Source of the DNA: Spirochaetia bacterium
GTDB lineage: Bacteria; Spirochaetota; Spirochaetia; UBA9216
Length of the DNA: 64,000 nucleotides
Assembly (NCBI GenBank): GCA_963675665.1
Contig: OY776510.1
Coordinates: 3,328,001-3,392,000 of the forward strand
Direction of reading: 5' to 3'
Below, piece by piece: positions 19,861 to 29,101 of the stretch (positions within the stretch are counted from its first letter, which is position 1; the number at the start of each line of letters is the position of its first letter). The notes beneath the pieces are model-generated. The model was not told where the DNA came from. It ran no database searches and saw only the letters and a program-made list of their open reading frames with translations. Made by a program: the position numbers and the translations under genes.

Positions 19861-22068
19861 ATGTATAATATTGAAGAATCGCTTGATCAGCAGATTCATG
19901 AATTGAACAGCTTGCGTCCGACTGTTGTTTTTACCGAAGCATCAGATCCGCGTCAGCTTGAGGCTCTTTGTTTTCTTACCAGATTCATTAAGCCGGTTCT
20001 TTTAGTTTCAGAAATTGAGGTAAGAAAAGTATTTAATGAAAAACTGGGGCATATTGCAGAAAGCCGAATAAATTATTCATTATCACAGACTGCATTTATT
20101 GAAATTGATAAAAGAAAAGATCTCCTGAATGAATTTATTCGGGAATATGTTCTTTTTAACAATCAATCAGGAAAAAAGGTATCGGAAGATGAAGCAGCTG
20201 CGATTGTCAGCGACCCGTGTATTTTCGGCATATTTGCTGTAAAACTGGGACATGCCGATATAGTAGTCGGCGGCAGTACACATGAACCGGTAACATATTT
20301 CAGGCCGATGCTCAGATATCTGAAAAAGAAAAATGTACAGAGCGAAACCGGGGTTTTTGTGTTGCCTGATGATCATACAGAGAATATTCATTCAAAAAAT
20401 ATCATAGTTTTTGGCGATGTAGGGGTAAACGGGACAATTACGCCTGAAATGCTTGCACATATTGCGGTAGATACCTGCACAATTGCAAGGAATATTATTC
20501 CGGAAAATGTTCTTCCGAAAATCAGAGGGGCAATAGTTTCATATTCAAACCACGGTTCGGATGAAGGTCCGTCACCGGAACTTGTAAAAAAAGCCTCGGA
20601 ACTTGTTCCGGCTCTGCTGGAAGAATATTGTGAGCTTGATAAACGGTATGAAACGATTTATATAGAAGGCGAAGTCAAGGCAAATGTAGCTCTGTCGCAC
20701 CGTTCAGCATTATATTACAGCCGAAGCAATTCTGACGACTGGACAGGGCCGACAAATGTAATTATCTGTCCAAATCTTGAGGTCGGGAATTTACTCTATC
20801 ATTTATATGCAACAAGATTCCCGGAGGCAAAGAAATTCAGCATTATTTCAGGCATAGGTTTTTCTGCTGTAGATCTAGCAAAAGACTGTTCATCAGAAGA
20901 TATAAGACTTTGTCTGAAAGCCACGATACTTAACCTGCTTCAGAAAGAAAACTGGAACCATACCCAAAAAGATACATTTTTTCGCCGGTACAGAGTGCTG
21001 GCAATAAATCCGGGTTCAACATCTACCAAGGTATGTGTTTTTGAGGGGGGTAGTAAAACTCACTGTAACGAGCTGCAGCATTCAGTTGAAGATCTTGCTC
21101 CTTTTGAGAATCGTCCTGTAACAGATCAGTATGAATACAGGAAAAAGATGATATTGAATTTTCTGGAAGATAATAATCTTACAATCAATGATCTTGATGC
21201 AGTATCCGCAAGGGGCGGGCTGATTTATCCGATAAAGCACGGCACTTACAATGTAAATGAAAGGATGCTCTCGGATCTTGAAAATGCCGTCGGAGGTGAA
21301 CATGCATCAAACCTGGGCGGGATTATTGCTTCGGAACTTGTGAAGGGGACTGAAAAAAAGGCTTTTATTGTCGATCCGGTAGTTGTTGATGAAGTAGAAG
21401 AAAAAGTAAAAATTACCGGGGTTAAGGAAATAAAAAGACAGGTAATAAGCCATGCGCTGAACCAGATTGCTTCAGCAAGACGTTATGCCGATGAAAATGA
21501 AACATTTTATGAAAATATAAATGTGATTGTAGCGCATATGGGCGGCGGAATATCCGTTGGAGCACATCATAAAGGCAGATATGCAGATGTAAATAACGCA
21601 TTAAACGGTGAAGGTCCATTTTCGCCGCAACGTTCAGGCTCATTGCCGGTCGGACAACTGATAGAGCTTTGTTTTTCAGGAAAGTATAAAAAGGATGAAT
21701 TAAAACAGTTAAATAAAGGAAAGGGCGGCCTTATAGATCTTTTGGGCACCAATGATCTGCGGGATGTGGAAAGAAGAATTCAGGAAGGTGATCAGGAAGC
21801 GTTATTGGTTTTTGAAGCTCTTGTTTATCAGATATCAAAAGAGATAACGTCGCTTATTCCCGCCTTTAAAGGAGAAAAGGTAGACCGGGTTATTCTTACC
21901 GGAGGAATGGCGCGTTCCGAAAGGCTTGTAACCGGTATTTCCGCTTCAGTTAAGCTGCTGGAATGCGGAGTTACCGTGTATAAGGGTGAGAACGAAATGG
22001 AGGCTCTCGCAGAGGGTGTAATAAGAGTTCTTCAGGGAAGGGAAAAGGCTCTTGTGTATAATCCATGA
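19861..22068 (+). CDS. buk: Fusion of a phosphate acyltransferase-like (Pta/Ptb) domain and butyrate kinase
   Basis: N-terminus: VFTEASDPR, CPNLEVGNLLY, DLAKDCS. C-terminus: AINPGSTSTK, HASNLG, DPVVVDE, HALNQ, HMGGGISVGAH, GENEMEALA. GGAGG SD. Confidence 0.88.
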   Translation: MYNIEESLDQQIHELNSLRPTVVFTEASDPRQLEALCFLTRFIKPVLLVSEIEVRKVFNEKLGHIAESRINYSLSQTAFIEIDKRKDLLNEFIREYVLFNNQSGKKVSEDEAAAIVSDPCIFGIFAVKLGHADIVVGGSTHEPVTYFRPMLRYLKKKNVQSETGVFVLPDDHTENIHSKNIIVFGDVGVNGTITPEMLAHIAVDTCTIARNIIPENVLPKIRGAIVSYSNHGSDEGPSPELVKKASELVPALLEEYCELDKRYETIYIEGEVKANVALSHRSALYYSRSNSDDWTGPTNVIICPNLEVGNLLYHLYATRFPEAKKFSIISGIGFSAVDLAKDCSSEDIRLCLKATILNLLQKENWNHTQKDTFFRRYRVLAINPGSTSTKVCVFEGGSKTHCNELQHSVEDLAPFENRPVTDQYEYRKKMILNFLEDNNLTINDLDAVSARGGLIYPIKHGTYNVNERMLSDLENAVGGEHASNLGGIIASELVKGTEKKAFIVDPVVVDEVEEKVKITGVKEIKRQVISHALNQIASARRYADENETFYENINVIVAHMGGGISVGAHHKGRYADVNNALNGEGPFSPQRSGSLPVGQLIELCFSGKYKKDELKQLNKGKGGLIDLLGTNDLRDVERRIQEGDQEALLVFEALVYQISKEITSLIPAFKGEKVDRVILTGGMARSERLVTGISASVKLLECGVTVYKGENEMEALAEGVIRVLQGREKALVYNP

Positions 22069-22070
22069 GA

Positions 22071-22925
22071 TCAGCTTTTTTTATTAAGAAGGTTGTCCAG
22101 AGCCGTATGAGTTTTATTCAGAGAGGTAGAAATTGAATTGGTATCCTTAAGGAGTGTGAAAACTTCTTCAAGAGAACGCAGCCCCTCCGTGATGGCTTCA
22201 GTCTGCTCGCTTATACCCATTTTGATTTCAGCAAGCAAATATCCGGACGACTCAAGGCTTCCGTTGTTTTCATTAAATGTCCGGCTTGTCTCAACAAGGT
22301 CTTTCTGGAAATTGTTCAGCAACAGCATAAGGTTGTTGAAACTTGACTGTACCTGATCAAGACCTGAACTGAAGTTATTAATAGTCCCGTCGATAGTTGT
22401 TGCAAATTCCTGGGTCTGCTGAGACAGATTTCTGATTTCTTTTGCAATTATATGAAAACCCTTGCCCGCGTTGCCTGCCCTGGCTGCTTCAATAGAAGCA
22501 TTGATTGCCAGAATATTCGTCTGCTGTGCCACGTCATCGATTTCACGGGTCATTTCCTTAACCCGGTTTGATTGTTCGTCAAGAGAAGAAAAAAGCTTGT
22601 GAATCTTTTTTGATTCTTCTGCAGCTGTGGATATTTCATTAACATTTACCTGCATGGCGTTGTTGATTTTTGATGTTGAATCGATAATGTTATTCATGCT
22701 TGAATATATACTTTCGGCATTTTGCGATGTGCTTTCTGAAGTTGCTCTTATTTCTTCAAAGCTTGTTACGATCATCTCAAGTGAATTATGGATGTTCATT
22801 ATTTTGCGCCCGATGATACTCATTGCGCTGTTTGTAATTCTGGAGAGAACTACGCTTTTATTGTAGCCGATAGTAAGAGTCGAAATTGTTTTTCGGAAAA
22901 AATCAAAGATTATATTATTATTCAT
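22071..22925 (-). CDS. Soluble methyl-accepting chemotaxis protein
   Basis: [34 protein letters not shown] signalling hairpin; no TM segment if started at ATG 22925, which overlaps the upstream stop. Confidence 0.88.
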   Translation of the reverse strand: MNNNIIFDFFRKTISTLTIGYNKSVVLSRITNSAMSIIGRKIMNIHNSLEMIVTSFEEIRATSESTSQNAESIYSSMNNIIDSTSKINNAMQVNVNEISTAAEESKKIHKLFSSLDEQSNRVKEMTREIDDVAQQTNILAINASIEAARAGNAGKGFHIIAKEIRNLSQQTQEFATTIDGTINNFSSGLDQVQSSFNNLMLLLNNFQKDLVETSRTFNENNGSLESSGYLLAEIKMGISEQTEAITEGLRSLEEVFTLLKDTNSISTSLNKTHTALDNLLNKKS

Positions 22926-23691
22926 AGATCTGATCCAGAATATCGATGCCGCACTTAAGAGAAGAAAACCAGTCAAGAAACCTGCCGGTATTTTTATCCC
23001 TGAAAAGTGCTCCATGCTGTGGTGCAATCAGCTTTATTTCAAGATCATTAATTTTTGATATCCATTTTTTTATGGCCGTATTGGAGGTCATGTAACGTTT
23101 ATGAAAATCCTCCATAAGTTTTATATGTTCATCAAAATTCTCAACAAAAAGATACTGGCCCCTGGCCGGAAATACGGCGGCGCCGATATCGGCAGTAAAA
23201 AGAACACAGGAAACCGGATCATAAAAAGTAAAAGATCCGCAGGAATGAAGAAAATGTGCAGGTATAATTTTCAGAACGGAATCAGCGGATAGTTGAAGCT
23301 TGCCGTTGAGGCTTTCTATCGGAACAATACGGCTGTTGTCTACTATGCCGAAATGCGGGATAAAACGTATCCAGAGTTCAGAAATATAGACTTTTGCGTT
23401 CGTAACTCCCAGCCATAAGGCTATACCGCTTGAAACATCGGGATCCTGATGTGAAAAAAAGATATTATCTATTCTGTCAAGTTCAATAAAACGGCTTACA
23501 AGGGCAACGACCCTGGAAAAAAGGTGAATGCCGCCCGGGTCAACAAGTGTTCCGCGTCCGTTGCTAATAATAAGGTATTGATTGGTCTGCACAACTCCCT
23601 GTTCTTCAAGTTCATCTGCCCCAAGCCATATAAACTGATGTTTATCCGATTGAAAAAGTACTTTGCCATTAATATCACTGCTATCTATCAT
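22918..23691 (-). CDS. Oxygen-binding di-iron protein (ODP, metallo-beta-lactamase fold)
   Basis: [41 protein letters not shown]; adjacent to a soluble MCP. Confidence 0.85.
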   Translation of the reverse strand: MIDSSDINGKVLFQSDKHQFIWLGADELEEQGVVQTNQYLIISNGRGTLVDPGGIHLFSRVVALVSRFIELDRIDNIFFSHQDPDVSSGIALWLGVTNAKVYISELWIRFIPHFGIVDNSRIVPIESLNGKLQLSADSVLKIIPAHFLHSCGSFTFYDPVSCVLFTADIGAAVFPARGQYLFVENFDEHIKLMEDFHKRYMTSNTAIKKWISKINDLEIKLIAPQHGALFRDKNTGRFLDWFSSLKCGIDILDQIYE

Positions 23692-23730
23692 TATTAATTT
23701 ATAACCGATTTTATAAAGATAATCAAATTT

Positions 23731-23760
23731 AAAAATAACCGTCCGGGTTGCGGACGGTTA
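23731..23760 (-). terminator. Intrinsic terminator after the hydrogenase operon
   Basis: TAACCGTCCG/CGGACGGTTA 10-bp stem followed by a T-run on the minus strand. Confidence 0.75.
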
Positions 23761-23772
23761 ATAATTTAAATA

Positions 23773-25581
23773 TCAGATAACATTTTCGGCTGTTATTTCT
23801 TCCCATATTTCCTTGATGGAATGTTTTACTTTACGTTTTTTATCTGAATAGCTCGTATGAAGAAGCCTGTGCGATTTATGCGACAGCGGGGACCCGAAAT
23901 ATTCTTCATAAATCTTTTTAATCATCGGGTTGTTGTGCGACTGGCGAACCGGCAGGCTTTTATCAATGGTGTAAAGACCTTCCTGTCTGACTTTTTTATT
24001 AAACTGATATTCGCCCTTGATTCTTGGTTGTCCGCCGCCTGAAATGCATCCACCGGGACACGCCATAACTTCAATAAAGAGATATTCATCGGCTTTGCCC
24101 GCTTTGATTTTTTCAACAATTTCACGTGCAGCCTTCAGTCCTGTTGCAATACCAACTTTGACCTTGCCGTAGTCGCCGCCGAGATCAATTTCTGCTTCAC
24201 GGAAATTTTCGAGCCCGCGAACGGCTTTAATATCAACTTTATCAAGCTCTTTACCGTTTACTATTGCGTAGACGGTTCGAAGGGCAGCTTCCATAACGCC
24301 GCCGGACGCTCCGAAGATAACGGCAGCACCGGTATAATCTCCCATCCAGGGATTGTCGTATTCCGAGTCCGGCAGGTTAGCCAGCCAAACGCCTTCACGT
24401 TTGAGGAGCCTGGAGAACTCACGTGTTGTAAGCACAACATCTACATCCGGTTTGCCGTTCTGAGTCATTTCAGGGCGCTTGGCTTCTTCCTTTTTTGCAG
24501 TGCAGGGCATTACGGAAATAACTCGCATTTTCTTTGGATTTATTCCCATCTTTTCTGCAAGAAATGTTTTTGCTACTGCACCGAACATCTGCTGTGGAGA
24601 TTTTGCGGTTGAAATATGAGGAAGAATTTCGGGATAATTTTTTTCAACAAAATTTATCCAGCCTGGAGAGCATGAAGTCATAAGCGGCAGAGTTCCTCCG
24701 TTTTTGATACGATCAAGCAATTCGCTTCCTTCTTCCATAATAGTCAAATCCGCTGTGAAGTTGGTATCAAGCACAATGTCGCCGCCGATTTGTTTGATGG
24801 CTGAGATGATTTTCCCTTCAACAGTTTTGCCGGTAGGCATATGAAATTCTTCGCCGAGGGCTATACGAACGGCAGGCGCAACCTGGAAAACAGTCGTTAT
24901 TTCAGGATCATACAGATAATCGACAACTTCTTCCGTATCGTCGCGAGCAGCGAGCGCGCCTACAGGGCAGACAAGGGTACACTGCCCGCAACTTACGCAG
25001 TTGGAACTTCCCAGGGCAAGACTGTCCTTGATACCGATTTCAGTTGTCAGGCCTTTTTCGGTAAAAACAAGAACGTCTGTTTTCTGAACTTCACGGCATA
25101 CTTCAACACACCTCAGGCACCTGATGCATTTACTCATATCACGCGTAATTGCCGGGGAAGATATTTCCTTTGTCCGGTGACGGTAAAAATGGGGATAATG
25201 GTAATGAGTCTGCTCAAGACCAACAAACTGGGCAACATCCTGAAGTTCACAATCACCGTGTCTGATACAGGACGCACAGTCTTGTTCGTGATCGGCCAGG
25301 AGTAATTCTACCTGCAGTCTCTGACGTTCCCTGACCCGTTTGGTCCTGGTAAGCACTTCCATGCCTTCTTCCATTGGAGTATCACAGCTGGTTACTATCT
25401 GGTGGTCGGTAATGCCTTTTCGTTTAATATCGACAAGACACACCCTGCAGGTTCCCGGAGTATGATTCAGGCATGTCAGTGCGCAGAGCGTCGGAATAAA
25501 ATGTCCGTATTTTTTTGCTGTTTCAAGAATTGTATCGTTATCCCTGAACTCAACTTCTTTTCCGTTTATATATCCTTTCAT
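23773..25581 (-). CDS. [FeFe]-hydrogenase group A catalytic subunit (HydA, M3-type architecture)
   Basis: H-cluster motifs TSCSPGW, MPCTAKKEE, EVMACPGGCISGGGQP; N-terminal 2Fe-2S, His-ligated 4Fe-4S (HEQDCASC) and 2x4Fe-4S domains. Confidence 0.95.
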   Translation of the reverse strand: MKGYINGKEVEFRDNDTILETAKKYGHFIPTLCALTCLNHTPGTCRVCLVDIKRKGITDHQIVTSCDTPMEEGMEVLTRTKRVRERQRLQVELLLADHEQDCASCIRHGDCELQDVAQFVGLEQTHYHYPHFYRHRTKEISSPAITRDMSKCIRCLRCVEVCREVQKTDVLVFTEKGLTTEIGIKDSLALGSSNCVSCGQCTLVCPVGALAARDDTEEVVDYLYDPEITTVFQVAPAVRIALGEEFHMPTGKTVEGKIISAIKQIGGDIVLDTNFTADLTIMEEGSELLDRIKNGGTLPLMTSCSPGWINFVEKNYPEILPHISTAKSPQQMFGAVAKTFLAEKMGINPKKMRVISVMPCTAKKEEAKRPEMTQNGKPDVDVVLTTREFSRLLKREGVWLANLPDSEYDNPWMGDYTGAAVIFGASGGVMEAALRTVYAIVNGKELDKVDIKAVRGLENFREAEIDLGGDYGKVKVGIATGLKAAREIVEKIKAGKADEYLFIEVMACPGGCISGGGQPRIKGEYQFNKKVRQEGLYTIDKSLPVRQSHNNPMIKKIYEEYFGSPLSHKSHRLLHTSYSDKKRKVKHSIKEIWEEITAENVI

Positions 25582-25604
25582 CGTTATTTCCTTTTAAACT
25601 CCTG

Positions 25605-27587
25605 TTATTTCTCGGTAATTGCAAGTGAAACCCTGTAGCACCTGAGACAGCGGTTTGCTTCTTCGTAGGCCTGTTCAACCGTGATGTTCTTTTCAACCTC
25701 TTCAAAAAGTTTTTTTCTCACTTCAGGATCAATTTCATCGGCGATAATTCTTTTTGTGGCGCGAACGGGAACAGCGAGATAATCGGTATCGTTCTTCTGA
25801 ATATCCTTGATCAACTCGCTCATCCTGTCTGACGGATCAAACAGAACACGACCGTAGGAAAGATAATCATCAATCGATTTTGCCGCCTTCATTCCAAGCG
25901 TCATTGCTTCGATAAGTGTTTTTGGCCCTGTAGTACAATCTCCACCGGCAAATACGCCTTTGGAGGAAGTCTCGAGAGTCTTGGGGTTAGTATCAATAAG
26001 TCCCCATTTATCAATCTCTATATCATCATTTTTGGAAAGGAACGACAGATCAACCTTCTGACCGATTGCGGGAACAATAAAATCGCATTCCATTTCAAAT
26101 TCGGAGTTGTCTACAGGGGTGACACCGCGGCGTCCGCTAGCATCAGGAGAGCCGAGTTTCATTTTGATAAGTTTGATTCCGGTAACCTGGTTGTTTTCAG
26201 ATAAAATCTGTACAGGATGAGTAAGAAAGTGAAAGATAACTCCTTCCTTTTCGGCTGCTTCAATTTCTTCATGATCAGCAGGCATTTCTTCTCTGGTTCT
26301 TCTGTAGATTAGATGAACTTCTTCCGCACCCATTCGCAGGGATGATCTGGCGCAATCCATTGCAACGTTTCCGCCGCCGACAACAACCATTTTTCTGCGA
26401 AGATCAACATCCAGTCCTATGTTCAGGTAATAATGATTTATATACAGCAGGAAATTGATTCCCGATTTATAACCCTTCATAGATCGTTGTTCTCCGGGGA
26501 TTCCAATCATCTTTCCGGCGCCGGCGCCTATTCCCAGGAAGAAAGCCTTGTATCCACGTTTTTTAAGTTCGTTAAGGGTGAAATCTGTTCCCATTCGCTG
26601 GTTATAATAAATTTTCGCTCCCAGGGTCTCGATTATTCCTATTTCCTTTTGAAGTACGTCAGAAGGAAGACGATAATTGGGAATTCCAACAGCAGCCATT
26701 CCTCCGGGGCCGGAATGTGCTTCAAAAACATCAACCGTGTATCCTTTTAGAAGCAGGTGGTATGCCGCGTTTATACCTGCGGGGCCTGTTCCGATAATTG
26801 CTACCTTAAGATCTTCTGGTTTTTTATCTGCAATAAGATCCTGATCAAACCATTTATCGGCAATATACTTTTCCCTTTCTGCAACAAACCGTTTAAGAAG
26901 CTTGATGCCGACCGGTTCATCAACCATATTTCTCCGACAGGCGAATTCACAGAAACGGACGCAAACACGACCGCAGGTTTCAGCCATAGGATATTTTTGA
27001 AGAATTACACTTACTGAGTGGGTCAGCTTTCCGTCTTTTATATAATCAATGTAACGGGGGACTTCAACTTTGGCAGGACATGCCTCAATACAGGGCGCAG
27101 TTACATAGGAAAAACCAGGCTGGTTTTTATAATTATCAAGATCCCTGATTTCAGCTTCAAGTTCATGTCTGAAAAAAGTTATCATTTTCTGAAGCGCCAC
27201 CGTTGCAGTCTGCCCCAAACCGCATAGTGAAGTTGTCTGGATATGCTCAGCAAGAAGTTCAAGTTCATCAAGAGCTTCAACACCTGCATCTCCGTTGATG
27301 ATATCGTCAATTTTCTGTTTTATGATATTTGTGCCGACCCTGCAGGGTGTACATGCTCCGCATGATTCTCGTGCAGCCCTGTCAATATACTGCCTTGCTG
27401 CATCCAGAAGGCTTACTCCCTCATTAAAGATAAAAAAACCTTTCCATCCAAAAAATGCTTTTACCGGGTTGCCGGGATTAAATTCATCGAAGTTTTCAAA
27501 CCTTGGACTGTCTTCTATCTCAAATAAACGTTTTCCCCTGTTGTCTATTACTTCGTCGTCCCAAACACCGAATACTACCTTACTCAT
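25605..27587 (-). CDS. GltD-like FAD/NAD(P)H oxidoreductase with N-terminal NuoF-type 4Fe-4S domain (hydrogenase partner)
   Basis: ESCGACTPCRVG...SLCGLG, APCIEACP...CGRVC..FCE.AC, GTGPAG, GIPNYRLP, GGGNVAMDCAR, YRRT, GVFAGGD, RCLRC. Confidence 0.9.
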   Translation of the reverse strand: MSKVVFGVWDDEVIDNRGKRLFEIEDSPRFENFDEFNPGNPVKAFFGWKGFFIFNEGVSLLDAARQYIDRAARESCGACTPCRVGTNIIKQKIDDIINGDAGVEALDELELLAEHIQTTSLCGLGQTATVALQKMITFFRHELEAEIRDLDNYKNQPGFSYVTAPCIEACPAKVEVPRYIDYIKDGKLTHSVSVILQKYPMAETCGRVCVRFCEFACRRNMVDEPVGIKLLKRFVAEREKYIADKWFDQDLIADKKPEDLKVAIIGTGPAGINAAYHLLLKGYTVDVFEAHSGPGGMAAVGIPNYRLPSDVLQKEIGIIETLGAKIYYNQRMGTDFTLNELKKRGYKAFFLGIGAGAGKMIGIPGEQRSMKGYKSGINFLLYINHYYLNIGLDVDLRRKMVVVGGGNVAMDCARSSLRMGAEEVHLIYRRTREEMPADHEEIEAAEKEGVIFHFLTHPVQILSENNQVTGIKLIKMKLGSPDASGRRGVTPVDNSEFEMECDFIVPAIGQKVDLSFLSKNDDIEIDKWGLIDTNPKTLETSSKGVFAGGDCTTGPKTLIEAMTLGMKAAKSIDDYLSYGRVLFDPSDRMSELIKDIQKNDTDYLAVPVRATKRIIADEIDPEVRKKLFEEVEKNITVEQAYEEANRCLRCYRVSLAITEK

Positions 27588-27595
27588 GCTATCTC

Positions 27596-28042
27596 CTAAT
27601 ATTCGACTATTTCCGGAATTACCCCGGAGTCTTTAATATTCATGATTAAATTTTCCACTATACTTTTTTTATCTGTTCCGTTTACCGGATTAACTGATCG
27701 ACCAATATACAACCTGATGCGATCCGCACTATTAATCTGTCTTTTCAGATAACCGACAGCATTTTTGCTGCTATATATACCGTTAAAACAAGCGTTCAGC
27801 TTTTTCAGGGTAATAGCGCCTTCAGTAGCTGTCATGCTGCCCAATTTCCCGAAAGGCGGTATGTTGTCGCAGGCTGTAGAAAGATTAACCTCAGGCTTAA
27901 AACCGGTATATTTTGTAAAGATTGAAGTTGTTGTTCCGCCGCATATGATTTTTTTGCCTTTTTCGGAAATGAATTTCATTACTGCTTCTTTATCCCGGGA
28001 AGCGTCTGCCGGAGGGCCGATAAAAAAGACAAGATTTGACAT
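27596..28042 (-). CDS. Stand-alone C-terminal domain of a hydrogenase-associated SpoIIE/HfsC-type Ser/Thr phosphatase
   Basis: GPP...D......F....GKKIICGGTT, IPP, TEGAITL, YIGRSVNP match the recalled C-terminal domain; no PP2C domain. Confidence 0.7.
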   Translation of the reverse strand: MSNLVFFIGPPADASRDKEAVMKFISEKGKKIICGGTTTSIFTKYTGFKPEVNLSTACDNIPPFGKLGSMTATEGAITLKKLNACFNGIYSSKNAVGYLKRQINSADRIRLYIGRSVNPVNGTDKKSIVENLIMNIKDSGVIPEIVEY

Positions 28043-28291
28043 CTATTTAACTGCACTTACGACTTTTTCAATAAAAAACGATTCCGCATTCTCCGGATTC
28101 GTTTCATAAACATCAGAATTTACACTAACAACAACATTTTTTTCCGAACATTTCCCCATACAGAATGTTCCCTTCAGCGAAACCTTCTTTTCAAGCCTGT
28201 TTGTACTGATTAATCTCTGAAATACTTTGATAACGCATTCAGAGCCTCTTAAATGACAAGAAGTACCTATACATACCGTCAGTTCAACCAT
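28043..28291 (-). CDS. Thioredoxin-like [2Fe-2S] ferredoxin (NuoE/HfsA-like)
   Basis: VCIGTSCHLRGS...FCMGKC; AGGAGG SD before ATG 28291. Confidence 0.88.
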   Translation of the reverse strand: MVELTVCIGTSCHLRGSECVIKVFQRLISTNRLEKKVSLKGTFCMGKCSEKNVVVSVNSDVYETNPENAESFFIEKVVSAVK

Positions 28292-28346
28292 TAACGTCCT
28301 CCTGAACTCATAAAACACAATAAATTAGTGCTTAAAAGATGCTAGC

Positions 28347-28374
28347 ATTATACATGTTGTATAAACAGGCGCAA
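28347..28374 (-). promoter_or_regulatory. Putative hydrogenase-operon promoter with overlapping palindrome
   Basis: TTGCGC-16 bp-TATAAT on the minus strand; TTATACA-N3-TGTATAA at 28348-28364. Confidence 0.45.
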
Positions 28375-28508
28375 TAAAAATATGTCTGATTAAATAGTGA
28401 TAGAACTCTGACAGGGAAGTAATAAAAAGAATATGTGGAATTAAAAAGACTGGAAAAATATATGTAAAGGTTTTATGCTATAACCAAGCTTATAATTAAG
28501 GAGAGATT

Positions 28509-29039
28509 ATGAAAAAGCTGATTATTTTTCTTTCAGTATTGATCTTTATTTCCGGAGGTCTTTATGCTCAAACTTCCGGCTATGTAACAATCATAAATGA
28601 AACAGGGTATAACATTAATTTTTTATATTTTTCACCGTCTGATTTTGACGACTGGGGTGATGATTTCTTAAACGGAGATTCTTTAATGGACGGAGACGAG
28701 TTTCAGATTCATCTGAACAGGGAAATTGATGCCAATCAGTTTATTTATGATCTGCAGGCGATAGACGAAGACAATGATTACTATACTATTTATGAGACGG
28801 ATATATCCGAGAATAATATTGTTTCCTTGACAATGGATGCCTATGACGGCGGCGAATATGACGATTATTCAGATTATGATTATTCCGGTTATGAGGAAGG
28901 TTATAATGAAGGATATTCGGAAGGCTATAAACAGGGCTATATCGAGGCGTTCAGAGATGCATATCTGGAAGGATTCAGATCAGCCCAGGATATGGACTTC
29001 CCCGGAAACGGTGATTCTTCCGGTAATGCATGGAGATAA
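28509..29039 (+). CDS. Secreted acidic hypothetical protein with GYxx repeats
   Basis: Signal peptide (LYA|Q), IINETGY.I..LY.SP....DWG.D.L domain, GYEEGYNEGYSEGYKQGY tail; AGGAG SD. Confidence 0.75.
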   Translation: MKKLIIFLSVLIFISGGLYAQTSGYVTIINETGYNINFLYFSPSDFDDWGDDFLNGDSLMDGDEFQIHLNREIDANQFIYDLQAIDEDNDYYTIYETDISENNIVSLTMDAYDGGEYDDYSDYDYSGYEEGYNEGYSEGYKQGYIEAFRDAYLEGFRSAQDMDFPGNGDSSGNAWR

Positions 29040-29071
29040 TGAAATATTAACTGATAAATGAACAAATGTTT

Positions 29072-29101
29072 AAAAAGCCGCCCGGGAAGGCGGCTTTTTT
29101 T
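29072..29101. terminator. Bidirectional intrinsic terminator
   Basis: AAAAA-GCCGCC/GGCGGC-TTTTTTT between convergent genes. Confidence 0.85.

Noticed and set aside
22926-23027. N-terminal TM-like extension of the MCP in the ORF track
   Set aside because: It lies inside the ODP gene in another frame; ATG 22925 at the ODP stop is the more plausible start.
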